A stretch of DNA of 64,000 nucleotides. Origin: Octopus sinensis. Its lineage: Eukaryota. The position numbers were made by a program, and so were the translations under genes. Positions 13,541-25,340 of this stretch are shown here, one piece after another (position 1 is the first letter of the stretch; each line of letters begins with the position of its first letter). Below the pieces are notes generated by a model. The model ran no database searches. It was not told where the DNA came from and saw only the letters and a list, made by a program, of their open reading frames with translations. The stretch covers positions 22,134,001-22,198,000 of the forward strand of contig NC_043010.1 in NCBI RefSeq assembly GCF_006345805.1. Reading direction: 5' to 3'.

Positions 13541-14722
13541 CAGTAATTTTATTTTCATCATGTGCATTCACTACACTACTGAGCGCAGCTCTCTGTGTCT
13601 TGGGTATGTGCTGTGGTTTATTGTGATTTTCTTATATTCACTGTATTGAAAGTGTTTTATGTAGGATGCGTTCGGTGCCTAGTAGTGCTATATTCTGTAT
13701 GCTGAATATACTTGTTAATCCATGTGTTTTTGTTATGTATTTGTTGAATGCTTTTTTTTTATCATACCTAATGCGCCTACTATGATAGGAATTGTTTCTG
13801 CTTTTAGACTCCACATTCGAGTTACCTTTATTTCCAGGTCTTTCTATTTTGAAAGTTTCTCCATTTCATCGATTAAAAAGCCTTTATTTTTTCTTAATGA
13901 TCTCTGACAACTACATTTGGACTATTGGCCTTAATTTCTCTGTGTGTATTGGCATATCCAATAGTATCGCTGCTTTCTCATTTTTTTCTGAAATTTATAC
14001 CATCTTTTTCTGTTGTTATATTATAGTGTCGGCATAGCTTCCGGTGTATATAGGTCCCAACTCTGCCCTGTCTGTGAATATGTTCCTTCTTAACCAGGAC
14101 TGGGCAGCCAGAGACACTATGATTTATTGTTTCTTGTCCATCTCCACATATTCTGCAGTTACTTGTATTTCTTTCCATTACATGCTTTTAGTGATTTCTG
14201 GTCGGAAGACTTTGGTCTTGTGCTGCAATTGCAAATGTTCAGTCTCTGCTTTGATTCCTGAGCTTCTGAACCATTGCTGGGATTTTGCTTAGTCTATGTC
14301 TTTTTTGTTTAGTTTAATCTAGTTTTTGCCATGTTGGGGACTTTTCTTGCCATCGTTTTATCCTGATCACTTGCTGCTCCAGTAATAGTTTGGTTTTCAT
14401 TTGTTTTACAGCTTTTGTTGTTTCTTCTTTTCCTTCATAGCTGTTAGGTACTATGATTTCTTTTTTGTAATTGTCAGACTGAAGACAGTTTTTCGTTTTG
14501 TTCGTGTTTTGTGGATCTTTGTATCAGTTTTCCTTGCTTCTGAAATACGTATTTCTGGAGTCCTATGGTGGTTATTTTGTAATAGTTATCTAGCTGTATA
14601 AGGCCTTTACCACATTCGATACGTTGTATATATATATAGCCTTTCTATGCCAGATGTTGGGGGGGGGGCACATCCTAAATCTTGTCATTATTTTTCTTGC
14701 TTTCCTGTCTATTTTGATTAGT
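13541..14722 (-). mobile_element. R4/Dong-like LINE 3' fragment, same family as 9426-10975
   Basis: CRICGDGQETINHSVSGCPVL knuckle. The 3' UTR (cactactgagcgcagctc) matches 9460-9480. (TAA)n tail at 13516-13541. Confidence 0.88.
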
Positions 14723-14774
14723 TCAGTTATTATTATTATCACTTTTACTAATGTTATTGTAATTATTTAAAACG

Positions 14775-15133
14775 TCGCACAGTAACCAACATCGTGAGGT
14801 TGTTGACTGAAGATATTGTGTCTACGGTGGGGTTTGTACTGTTTGTCAAGTCACAACAAGGCCCTCAGAAAGACAGTTCTTTACGCAATATGCGTGCAGT
14901 TCCAAGTAATGTCGACTTTTGCAATACACCAAGACTGTAGTGTACTTCTAAAGTTTTCAGATGTTTCTTTCAGCTTGGGTCTACCTAATGCTCCAATCAC
15001 AATTGGCACAACCTTTATGTTCAACTCTTATAACTGTCACATATTGGTGATCTCAATTCTCAGGTCTCCATATTTATCAACTTTTTCTCTTTCTTTCATG
15101 ATGATGTGCTGATCTCCTGGCTCTGTCACGTCG

Positions 15134-15135
<2 letters not shown>
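14775..15135 (-). mobile_element. R4/Dong-like LINE 3' fragment, same family as 11745-13510
   Basis: 3' UTR gaagatattgtgtctac...gtcacaa matches 11783-11827, and the RLE C-terminal codons match 11960-12110. Confidence 0.8.
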
Positions 15136-15183
<48 letters not shown>

Positions 15184-15754
15184 CATTATTATTATTATTA
15201 TTGTTGCCTTTTGCTTCCATTTATAGAACTTCGTAACATTAGGGTCAAAATTCCTTTTGGAAATCTCATTTTATCCTCTTGTGTTTCTCCTATTCTCAAA
15301 ATTGATACGCACATGCATATACACACTCATATACACTCACACACATACACTCACACACACAAACACAAACACACGCGCAAACGCGCGCACACTCATATAT
15401 AAAGACACATATAATCACACACACACTCATACACACACACACACACATACACATACACACAGACACACAGACACACACACGTTAAGCGAAGTCTGGCCGT
15501 AACTAACTTGACATTAAAAGCCAAAGATTAGAATCACGCAGGAATTCTAGTTGAGACTCGTATTTCTGAGAGAAGAATCCAACTTGTAATGGTGGCGAAA
15601 TTAATTACAGTACGGTGGGTGTGAAGGCGGGGAAGAAGAAGAAGATGGAAAAAACAAAGGCGGGGGAGGGAAGAGGGTGATTACGATGATCATTAGGTGG
15701 AAGATGTAAAGGAAGAAGTAAAGAAGTTGATGATGATGATGACTACGATAAGGA

Positions 15755-16123
15755 TAATCATGATGGTAATTGTAGTGATGATGACGATGATGATGAAGAG
15801 GAAGTAGAGGGAAAGAAGGAAAAGGAGAGGAAGGTGCAGGAGGAAAGGGAAAATGTGGAGGAGGAAGAGGACGAGGAAGAGAGGACAGGATGAAGAAGAA
15901 AGATTAGAAAAAGAGGTGGAAGAAGAAAAAGAAAGAAAGAAAGACTAAAGAAATGGAAAGAGAGAGAAAAGAAAAAAGGTAGAAGAAGAAGAAGAAAAGA
16001 AGAAGAAGAAGAAGAAGAAGAAGAAGAAGAAGAGAAGAAGAAGAAGAAGAAGAAGAAGAAGTTGATGATGATGATGCTGAGGCTACTGCTACTGCTGCTG
16101 CTCCTGTTGCTGCTGCAGCTGAA

Positions 16124-16156
<33 letters not shown>

Positions 16157-16262
16157 AGACAGATGAAAGGAGACAACAAGAGGGAGGAATGGAGGAGGAG
16201 GGGAGGAGGAGAGGACAGGAGAAGAAGAAGAAGAAGGATGAGACGTGGAAGTAGAAGAAAAC
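15755..16262. repeat. Compound (GAT)n/(GAA)n/(GGA)n/(GCT)n microsatellite block
   Basis: Trinucleotide runs visible directly. Confidence 0.9.
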
Positions 16263-16324
16263 GGAAAAAAGCTGCGCAAACTTTACAATTCTAAAGTACC
16301 CACCACCCCACCGCTTCCAACCCC

Positions 16325-16385
16325 CAACCGCCGCCCCCTCTGTTCCCTATATAAAGCCCAGTCTAGTTAGTAGCCAGTGCTGTCT
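16325..16385 (+). promoter_or_regulatory. Candidate TATA-box RNA polymerase II core promoter
   Basis: GC-box-like CCGCCCC at ~16330, TATATAAAG at 16348-16356, and Inr-like CCAGTG with its A at 16376 (28 nt from the TATA start), in non-repetitive sequence. Confidence 0.35.
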
Positions 16386-16673
16386 GGCGCACGTTTACAT
16401 CTTGACAGACGCTACATTTTATTTTTCGTTTTTTCATTTTTATTTTATTCTATTTTATATTATCTTATTTCGTTATTGATTTATTTATTTGTTAGTGTGT
16501 TGCAGACCACATTCAGGGCAAAACTGATATAATTGGAGAGATTGCATGCCAACATCACATAGAAACGGCAGCAAAGAAAGAACCGAAAATCCAAAATCTT
16601 CATTCATCTTCTGCCAACGGTGATGATTTTTCAATGACAAGCTCTGTTATTTAGTAACCCCACCAACACCACT

Positions 16674-16705
<32 letters not shown>

Positions 16706-17233
16706 CAACCCACCATCTCTCTCACTTCTCTCTTTTTCTTTGGAGCAATCGCTTTCTTTTTTGTTCCTTACCTTTATTTCTCAGTGTGCGTAATGTCTTT
16801 CTCTTCGCGTGCGTCTCTCTTTTTCTCTGCCTCTCTCTCTCTCTCCATCACACACACCCAATCTCTCTCTCAATGTCTCTCTACCTATCTCTCTTTTGTC
16901 CCTTCCTCTTTCTTTCTTCTCTCTCTCTCTCTCTCTTACTTTTCGTTAGATTACGAAACTAAAACACTCACCCTCACACACACATGCACGCGCACTCACA
17001 CACACAAAATGAGAAAAAATAAACGACTTCACTTCATTGAGTCCACGGGAGTTATTTTTGTTTCCCAGTTAATTACCATGCTGTAACAATTGCACACCAC
17101 AACATAACATGACCCTTGTTTAGTCCCTTTTTATTTTTATATATTTCAGCTTTAGACATGTCTTCTTGTATGTTTTAATATTTCCTATTTCCTTTCTCGA
17201 TTTTTTTATTCCTTTTCCTCATTTTTATCTATT

Positions 17234-17235
17234 TG

Positions 17236-17268
<33 letters not shown>

Positions 17269-17470
17269 CCATCATCAACTTCATCGTCATCATCATCATC
17301 ATCATCACCTTCATCATCCCCTTCACCACCATCATCATCATCATCATCATCATCATCACCATCATTATCATCATCATCCCCTTCATCATCATCATCATCA
17401 TCATTACCTTCATTATCCCCTTCATCATCATCATCATTATCATCATCATCGTCATCACCATCATCATCAC

Positions 17471-17511
<41 letters not shown>

Positions 17512-17535
17512 CCATCATCATCATCATTATTATTA
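17234..17535. repeat. (ATC)n microsatellite
   Basis: Long ATC/ACC run that produces the poly-I, poly-S, poly-D and poly-M ORFs. Confidence 0.95.
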
Positions 17536-17676
17536 CTGCTTTCCATTCAGTCCTTTATCGCAAAAACATTTTTCTTTCTTTTATATTTATTTTCGGGCTT
17601 TCAGAATTTCTGTCATCAAAATATTTTCTATTCTTACATTGTATATTATATTATATTATACTATACAAACACGACA

Positions 17677-18232
17677 GCGGCGAGCTGGCAGACGCGGTAG
17701 CACGCCGGGCAAAATGCGTAGCCGTATTTCGTCTGCCGTTATGTTCTGAGTTCAAATTCCGCCGAGGTCCACTTTGCCGTTCATCTATTCGGGGTCGATA
17801 AATTAAGTACCTGTTAAGCGCTGGAGTCGATGAAATCTACATAATCCCTTTGTCTGTCCTTGTTTGTCCCCTCTATGTTTAGCCCCTTGTGGGCAATAAA
17901 GAAATAAGAATTTTGTCTGTCTTAACGTTTTGGGTTCAAATTCCACCGAGGTCGACTTTGCCTTTCGTCCTGTCGGGGTCGATAAATTAAGTATCAGTTC
18001 TGGGTCGATCTAATGGACTGGAACCCTCCCCACAAAATTTGGGCCTTGTACGTAGAGTAGAAAAGAATCGCTAGCACGCTAGACGGAATACTTAGCGATA
18101 TTTCCCCCGTCGTTACGTTCTGAGTTCAATTTCCTTCGAGTTCGATTTTGTCTTTTTCCCTTTCGAGGTGGATTAAATAACTATTAGTTACGCACCGGGG
18201 TCGACATAGTCGTCTCATTCCCAGCTGCCTAT
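17677..18232 (+). mobile_element. tRNA-headed SINE family B (GGCGGCGAGCTGGCAG...), one full unit plus two partial tandem units
   Basis: A-box-like TGGCAGA, B-box GAGTTCAAATTCC and tail AAAGAAATAAG at ~17908. The B-box/core segment recurs at 17909-18068 and 18069-18232. Confidence 0.85.
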
Positions 18233-18254
18233 GAGGCAAAAATTTGAGATGATA

Positions 18255-18292
<38 letters not shown>

Positions 18293-18298
18293 TACTAC

Positions 18299-18349
<51 letters not shown>

Positions 18350-18506
18350 CATTATTATTATTATTATCATTATTATTATTTTGCTTTCCTTTCAGTCCTT
18401 CAACGCAAAAACATCTTTTATTCTTCTTTTTATATCTATTTTCGGGCTTTCATCTTTTCTGTCTTCAAAATATTTTCTTTTCTTACAGAGTATATAATGT
18501 TATACA

Positions 18507-18545
<39 letters not shown>

Positions 18546-18704
18546 CACACAGACGTGGTCGCGTGCGTGCACATTCTTTTCTCCTCATTTTATTTCCAAT
18601 CTTTCAAGTTATCCAACAAATACTTCCCATTATCTAGACTTATCTTTGCCTAACAATCTCAGTTTTGCAAGAACTCTCATACCAACAATCTTTCCCTCAC
18701 TCTT

Positions 18705-18744
<40 letters not shown>

Positions 18745-19014
18745 TCTCTCTCTCTTTCTCCCTCTCTTTTACGCACGCTGTCTCTCAGACTCTCTCTCTT
18801 CCTAACTCTTTCTCTTTCTCTTTCTCTCGGTCTTCGACACTTAATATACTTGGTTTCTCCATCCAATCTCTTATTCTCTCGAATTCCTTCCTTCCTTCCT
18901 AACTTCTCCACATTTCTTTCCTTTCATTTTGTCTTTCTGTAAAGTGTAAAGATCTCTTTACCCACAATCTTGCGTATATTTTTCAATAACCTATTATTAA
19001 TAGCATCTATGTAC

Positions 19015-19017
19015 CTA

Positions 19018-19096
<79 letters not shown>

Positions 19097-19315
19097 CTAT
19101 CTATTTATCTATCTATCTATTTATTTATTCATCTATCTATCTATCTATTTATCCATCTATCTATCTATCAATCTATCTATCTACTATCTATCTATCTACC
19201 TACTATCTACTATCTATTTATCTATCTATCTATTTATTTATTCATCTATCTATCTATCTATTTATCCATCTATCTATCTATCAATCTATCTATCTACTAT
19301 CTATCTATCTACCTA

Positions 19316-19347
<32 letters not shown>

Positions 19348-19362
19348 ATATATATATATTTT

Positions 19363-19428
<66 letters not shown>

Positions 19429-19430
19429 AA
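19015..19430. repeat. (TCTA)n tetranucleotide microsatellite
   Basis: Direct reading; source of the YLSI ORF. Confidence 0.95.
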
Positions 19431-19588
19431 TACATATATGATGTATGCATATAAGTATGCATATATATGTATATTGTTATAATTGTCCTTTTAGTAAATG
19501 AATAAATTGACAGAATATGTCTAAAAGTTGATTAATACCACCTATTCATCCCTCCATTTTCTTATTGCGCGCTCTCTCTCTCTCTCTC

Positions 19589-19660
<72 letters not shown>

Positions 19661-19897
19661 GCACTGAGGTCGATATAATCGACTAGCCACCGTCCCCGAA
19701 ATTTTATCTTGGTATTTGTGAGAGCAACTACATTCGAAGACTCAGAATTTCGTTCAATGCTCGAAATAAGGAGTAGACAGGCAGCTGAAAACTGATGAAG
19801 AGTCGTTCTTTATGATACTTTCCCTGTTTTCCATTTTTCCTTTCATCTGTTTGTGTATTTCATGTTTAATTTTTGTGACGTCTTGTATTCATATATG

Positions 19898-19948
<51 letters not shown>

Positions 19949-19956
<8 letters not shown>

Positions 19957-21460
19957 ATATGTTACATTTATTCAATAGTCAAGATAAAACTTGTTTTATA
20001 TGCCGAAGTGGCACTATGAAAACGTACACATCTTCACTCGCATTTTTCGCCAAATATATACGCATATATATACAAACCCATACACACACACATGCGTACC
20101 GTAAAAGTTCATACATACGTCTATATACGCACAAGCACAAGAAAAACCTCTGTAAGGCACACGTATTTCTTCTTCGTGTCTTTAGTGGTTATAGAGTCCA
20201 CGGTAGCATCATAGATGATGGTCTCGGACATGCAAGCTCCATTTAGCGGGCACAATTTTTTTATTCCTGCATACAGAGGGTAATTTCAAGGCCAGGTTCA
20301 ATAACCACACCTTGAGTTTTAGGCACTGGAATAAAAGAAAAGCGACAAAATTATCTAATCAGTTTTGGTCGTTAACAGATAAAGATGTCGATTATAACAT
20401 CCATCGGAAGATTTTGGCCAAATGTAAGCCCTACACCAACGGCAGCGGAAGGTGTGGTCTATGCGACATGGAGAGATGGCTTATCTGGAAAAGCAGCTTA
20501 GACTCTACTACATGTCTAAACTCAAGGACATAACTTTTCGGATCATGCCCATACGTGACTAAATTTTTGTTACGTTTTTGGTCCCCTAAAGAAAACAGAT
20601 AGAACTTGCTTTCTATATTATGTCCCAAAAAGTTTTTTTTATCTCATTATACCTTTTATTATTTCATATATATTTTTATATTTTCACACATATTAATTTC
20701 TGTACTTTTCTATCCTGCATTTTTTCCTGTGCCTATATAGATGTGTATATAGATTCATTAGTACACGTGTGTAAATATGTATGAGTGGGCAGTTTTAGAT
20801 GTGTGCGTGTGTGCGGGCATAAGAATGCACATATATATATAGACGTTTTTACTTAGTATTTTTCCATTTTTTTGGGGGGGGGACATATGTATATTCATTT
20901 TTTGTATATGGGTGTGTATGTATGCGTATATAGATATGTGCGGGTATGTACATATATGGGCGTGGGTGTGTATGAGGGCATAGGGGCATTTCCGTATATG
21001 AACGTGGTTTTTATGCTTTGTATACTTCCTTATGTTTTTTTCTGTTACCTTTAACCATGGTTCTTCTTGTGCTTGTGCGTATATAGAGGTATGTAAGAAC
21101 TTTTACGGTACACATGTGTGTGTGTGTATGAGTTTGTATATATATGCGTATATATTTGGTGAAAAATGCGAGTGAAGATGTGTACGTTTTCATAGCGACG
21201 TATAAGTATGCACGTGGGTTCGCGAGCAGAATTATAACACAGTAATTACCCTTTATATAACGGTATTTTTTCATAGCGTTTTTCAGATGGCCAGATAACC
21301 GAAGAGATGGTGTTGTGGATTTCCACTTCGGCATCTGAAACTCAGAGTTTTATCTTGACTATTGAGTAAATGTAAACATTATTTTATAGATAAATTTCCT
21401 CTATTACATAATGAGGTATCTTTCTTTCTTTTGTTATCTTACCGTTTTTACCAATATATG
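19949..21460 (+). mobile_element. Penelope-like element: GIY-YIG endonuclease remnant, 3' pseudo-LTR, and an inverted pLTR copy at the 5' end
   Basis: 20273-20533 reads TEGNFKARFNNHTLSFRH...KLSNQFWSL...KCKPYTNGSGRCGLCDMERWLI...LNSR, the typical PLE GIY-YIG C-terminal pattern. 19949-20148 is an inverted copy of 21059-21388 lacking ~125 bp. Flanked by (TA)n. Confidence 0.88.
21293..21355 (+). ncRNA. Type I hammerhead-ribozyme fold in the Penelope pLTR (core mutation U4C)
   Basis: Stem I AGATAA/TTATCT; core CCGAAGA; stem II GATG/CATC enclosing a GTGGA-TT-TCCAC hairpin; one extra T before GAAA; stem III ACTC-A-GAGT; triplet GUU. Confidence 0.6.
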
Positions 21461-21469
21461 TATACATAT

Positions 21470-21514
<45 letters not shown>

Positions 21515-21544
21515 TATATATACATATATATATATGTACGTATG

Positions 21545-21592
<48 letters not shown>

Positions 21593-21600
21593 ATATATAT

Positions 21601-21669
<69 letters not shown>

Positions 21670-21964
21670 ATATGTAAGTATGTACATATATACGCATATA
21701 TATTATATATATATATATATACATACATACATACATACGCACAGATGAACATCTCTCTCACATCACACCACCACGCACACACTACCACTGACCACTTCCC
21801 AGCCCCACACCATCATCCACACACCTACACATACGCACAAGCACACGTATGTGTATATGTAGGCCCTCTCTCGCCCGCACATACATGCTCTCTTATACAC
21901 ACGCACGCGCTACATCGTTTTGGGATCACCACTACTTTTTTATCTTCACTTCTTCCTAGCTCTC

Positions 21965-22185
21965 ATGTGTGACCCCTCTGTCCGACATGCGCCATGATAT
22001 ATCGCTAGCCACTACACATTCTTTATTGTCTCTCCCTGTTTATTTCTGTGTTCCTTTCTGTGGAAGAGCGTAGGCTCGAAACGTTAAAGACGTTTTCAAT
22101 TCCTGAGCATTAAACTAATACATTTGTTTGTTGTCTACACCACTTCTTTTTGTCTTTTGTTTTCTTGCGAATTCTCCCTAAATAT
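21965..22185 (+). mobile_element. Penelope-type pLTR fragment with minimal hammerhead variant (family also at 33280-33355 and 54420-54580)
   Basis: CTTT-CTGTGGA-A-GAGC-GTAG-GCTC-GAAAC-GT-T-AAAG at 22053-22090. The downstream aaactaatacat..tgtttgttgtctacacc is shared with 54505-54540. Confidence 0.65.
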
Positions 22186-22359
22186 ATATATATATATATA
22201 CATGCATACATAAGCAAACACTCACACATGCATATATGCACACACAGTTAAAATGTTATACATACATCTTAAGACATCCACGTACATCATACATATCCCA
22301 TAAAAGTAAAAATATATCGCCGAAACACTGGAATACATCTCTATACACTAACACGTACA

Positions 22360-22560
22360 CTCACACACTCACAGATACTCATACACATACACACACACTC
22401 ACACACTCACAGATACTCATACACGTACACACACACTCACACACTCACAGATATTCATACACGTACACACACACTCACACACTCACAGATACGCATACAC
22501 GTAAACACACACTCACACACTCACAGATATTCATACACGTACACACACAGTCACATACTT
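22360..22560. repeat. ~38-40-bp minisatellite built from CA microsatellite (cacacactcacagatattcatacacgta...)
   Basis: About five to six imperfect tandem units visible. Confidence 0.75.
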
Positions 22561-23417
22561 ACAGATACTTATACAAGTTCACTCATATCCGTATAAGAAG
22601 TATCGTGAAGAGTTTCAAAATGTTTACAAATTCCGTTACATTTACACTTTGACCATCCCTGTTACAATCGTAGTAGCTGTGGGACTTCTTCCTCTTCTTC
22701 TTTTTCTTTCTTCTTCTTCTTCTTCTTCTTCTTCTTCTTCTTCTTCTTCTTCTTCTTCTTCTTCTTCTTCTTCTTCTCGTTGTTGCTGCTGCCGTTGTTG
22801 TTGTTCTTCCACTTCTTCATGTTGTCCGTGTTGTTGTTCTGTCTTTCATCTTCGTCACCACCATCATCATCACCATCATCAACGCCGCCGTCGTCATCAT
22901 CATCATTATCATTTTCATTATTTTCTTCCTGATTCTTCTTCTTCATCTTCATCATCACCACCACTATCATCATTATCACAATCATCGACGCCGTCGTCAT
23001 CATCATCATCATCATTTTCGTTATTTCCCTCCTGATTCCTATGCTACTTCTACTTCTTGCCCTCCTCATCTACCCCCTCCTCTTCCCTCCCCTTCTTCTC
23101 TCCCCTCCCCCTCCAACTCCCCTCCTCCTCTCCCCTCCTCACTGTCGTACTATTGTTTTTCATCCAGAGCATCCTGGCTTCACTCTGTCTTAATTCTTCG
23201 CAGCAAAATTCTTCAATAGTTCCTGTTGCCTTATGATGACGATGTTGAAAGATGGGAAACCAAGATGGCCGCTTTTCTAGAAAAAGCCGGCGGCCTGTCA
23301 AATAAGAGCTGGATACAAAATAGATTAAGAAATTTTTGGACAGAGAAAATGAGGTGACATGGCAGAAGGTACCATTTTTACCAATTACTGTCAGCATCAA
23401 TTACTTTCTTTACGAAG

Positions 23418-23449
<32 letters not shown>

Positions 23450-24030
23450 CAAGCACATTCCTCTCACATACACAATGACACTCACGTACACACACAGTAA
23501 CAATCATGTACACACACACACACACATATATACACAAGCACACATGCACACACACACACGCAAATAGTTACGCGCTTTCTCAACGGTTTGGATAGGGTTA
23601 TTATACACAGATGTGTATGTGTGTATATATGAGTGTATGCACGTAATGTTTGTATCCATGATAATTATGCTCGTGTATATTTGTTGCTTTTTAACGCTCT
23701 TGCGTGTATATACATCACACACAATATAAGCAGACGAGATGAGAAGTTACACAGAAACTGAGATAGAGAGTGGGGATAAAAAGAGAGAGAGAAAGATATG
23801 TAGTGAGAGAGAGAAATATAGAGCGTGGAGACAAAGATATGCTGGTGGTGGGTCCAAGTTTAAAAGAAAATGAATTTTCATAGTCACATTTATAAAACTT
23901 CAAGCTAAATCAAACGTTATATATATATATATATATTATATATATATATAACTTACTTGGAAGAGGATGCGTGGCGTTCAATCATATATTAATATAAATA
24001 ATATATATATGCATATATACATGCGTATTT

Positions 24031-24463
24031 GTAAATACTGTCTTCCCAATAGCAACATATGGATGCGAGACTTGGACACTAAAGAAAGCTGACCAGAAGA
24101 GAATTAATGCATTCGAGCTTTGGTGTTGGAGAAGACTTTTGCGGATTCCATGGACAGCGAGGCTCACCAATGGAGAAATTCTTAAGCAGATAAGGCCGAA
24201 AATGTCGCTAGTAGCTGGGATCACCAAGCGTAGATTGGCATATTTCGGTCATATTATGCGGAGAGAATCCCTGAAGAAGGACATCATGCTCGGAATGGTC
24301 AGTGTCAAGAGAGGAAGAGGCCGACCAAGAACCTGCTGGCTTGACACCATCAGGAGTGATACCGGAATGGACATGGCCAATCTGAAGGAAGCGGCCCAGG
24401 ATAGAACTGACTGGAGGACACTGATCCAACGAGTGACCGAGAGTCGACTTGGACTGAGCGGAT
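24031..24463 (+). mobile_element. RTE-clade (BovB-like) LINE 3' end
   Basis: Open frame VFPIATYGCETWTLKKADQKRINAFELWCWRRLLRIPWTAR...LAYFGHIMRR...KRGRGRPRTCWLD...AQDRTDWR. The end GAGTCGACTTGGACTGAGCG resembles the BovB terminus. Confidence 0.92.
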
Positions 24464-24748
24464 ATATATATATATATATATAATATATGCATATGTGGGC
24501 ACAGGGCGTCATGAAAAGTGTACAACAAAAAAGTACGTAGCATGAGTACATGGAGCATGAACGATTCTTCGGACGACGAAAGACACAAATGGAAAACAAA
24601 AGAAACAACATAAAGAACGACCCTTCATCAGTTGTTGGCACATTTTCTAGTCCCGTATTTCGAGCATTTAACGCTGAGGCAAAGTAAAACCAAATAAGTA
24701 GTGCGTGTGTTTTTATTGGCTAAACTGGCAAAATGGCCGTTCCTAAAT

Positions 24749-24822
<74 letters not shown>

Positions 24823-24887
24823 TATATATATAATATATATATATATTTATATATATGTGTGTGTGTGTATTGTACATATGTATAGTG

Positions 24888-25045
24888 CGGTCGAATGAAT
24901 TGATCCCAGTACGTATTTTTTTCAAGGTGGTACTTATTCTATCGTCTTTTTTCACAATCTGCTAAGTTACGGGGATGTAAATACACCAACACTGGTTGTG
25001 AAGAGGTTCTCGGGCCAAATAGAAACTCAAAGTCACACACAGATA

Positions 25046-25096
<51 letters not shown>

Positions 25097-25100
25097 TGAC

Positions 25101-25173
<73 letters not shown>

Positions 25174-25340
25174 GATAGACGATGGGCTTCTTTCGTTTTC
25201 TCTCAACCAAATCCAATCACAAAGCTGTGATCTACCTGAGGTTAGAGCCGTAGACACCCAAGATCACGCGCAGTGGGACTGAATGGAGAATCATGTGGCT
25301 GGAAAGCAAGCTTCGTTACACATAGCTACGCCAGCCCCTG
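24888..25340 (-). mobile_element. tRNA-headed SINE family A (GGAGTGGCTGTGTGG...), decayed, with internal (TG)n/(TCTA)n
   Basis: Reverse complement matches the 27337 and 30830 copies at both ends. Confidence 0.7.
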
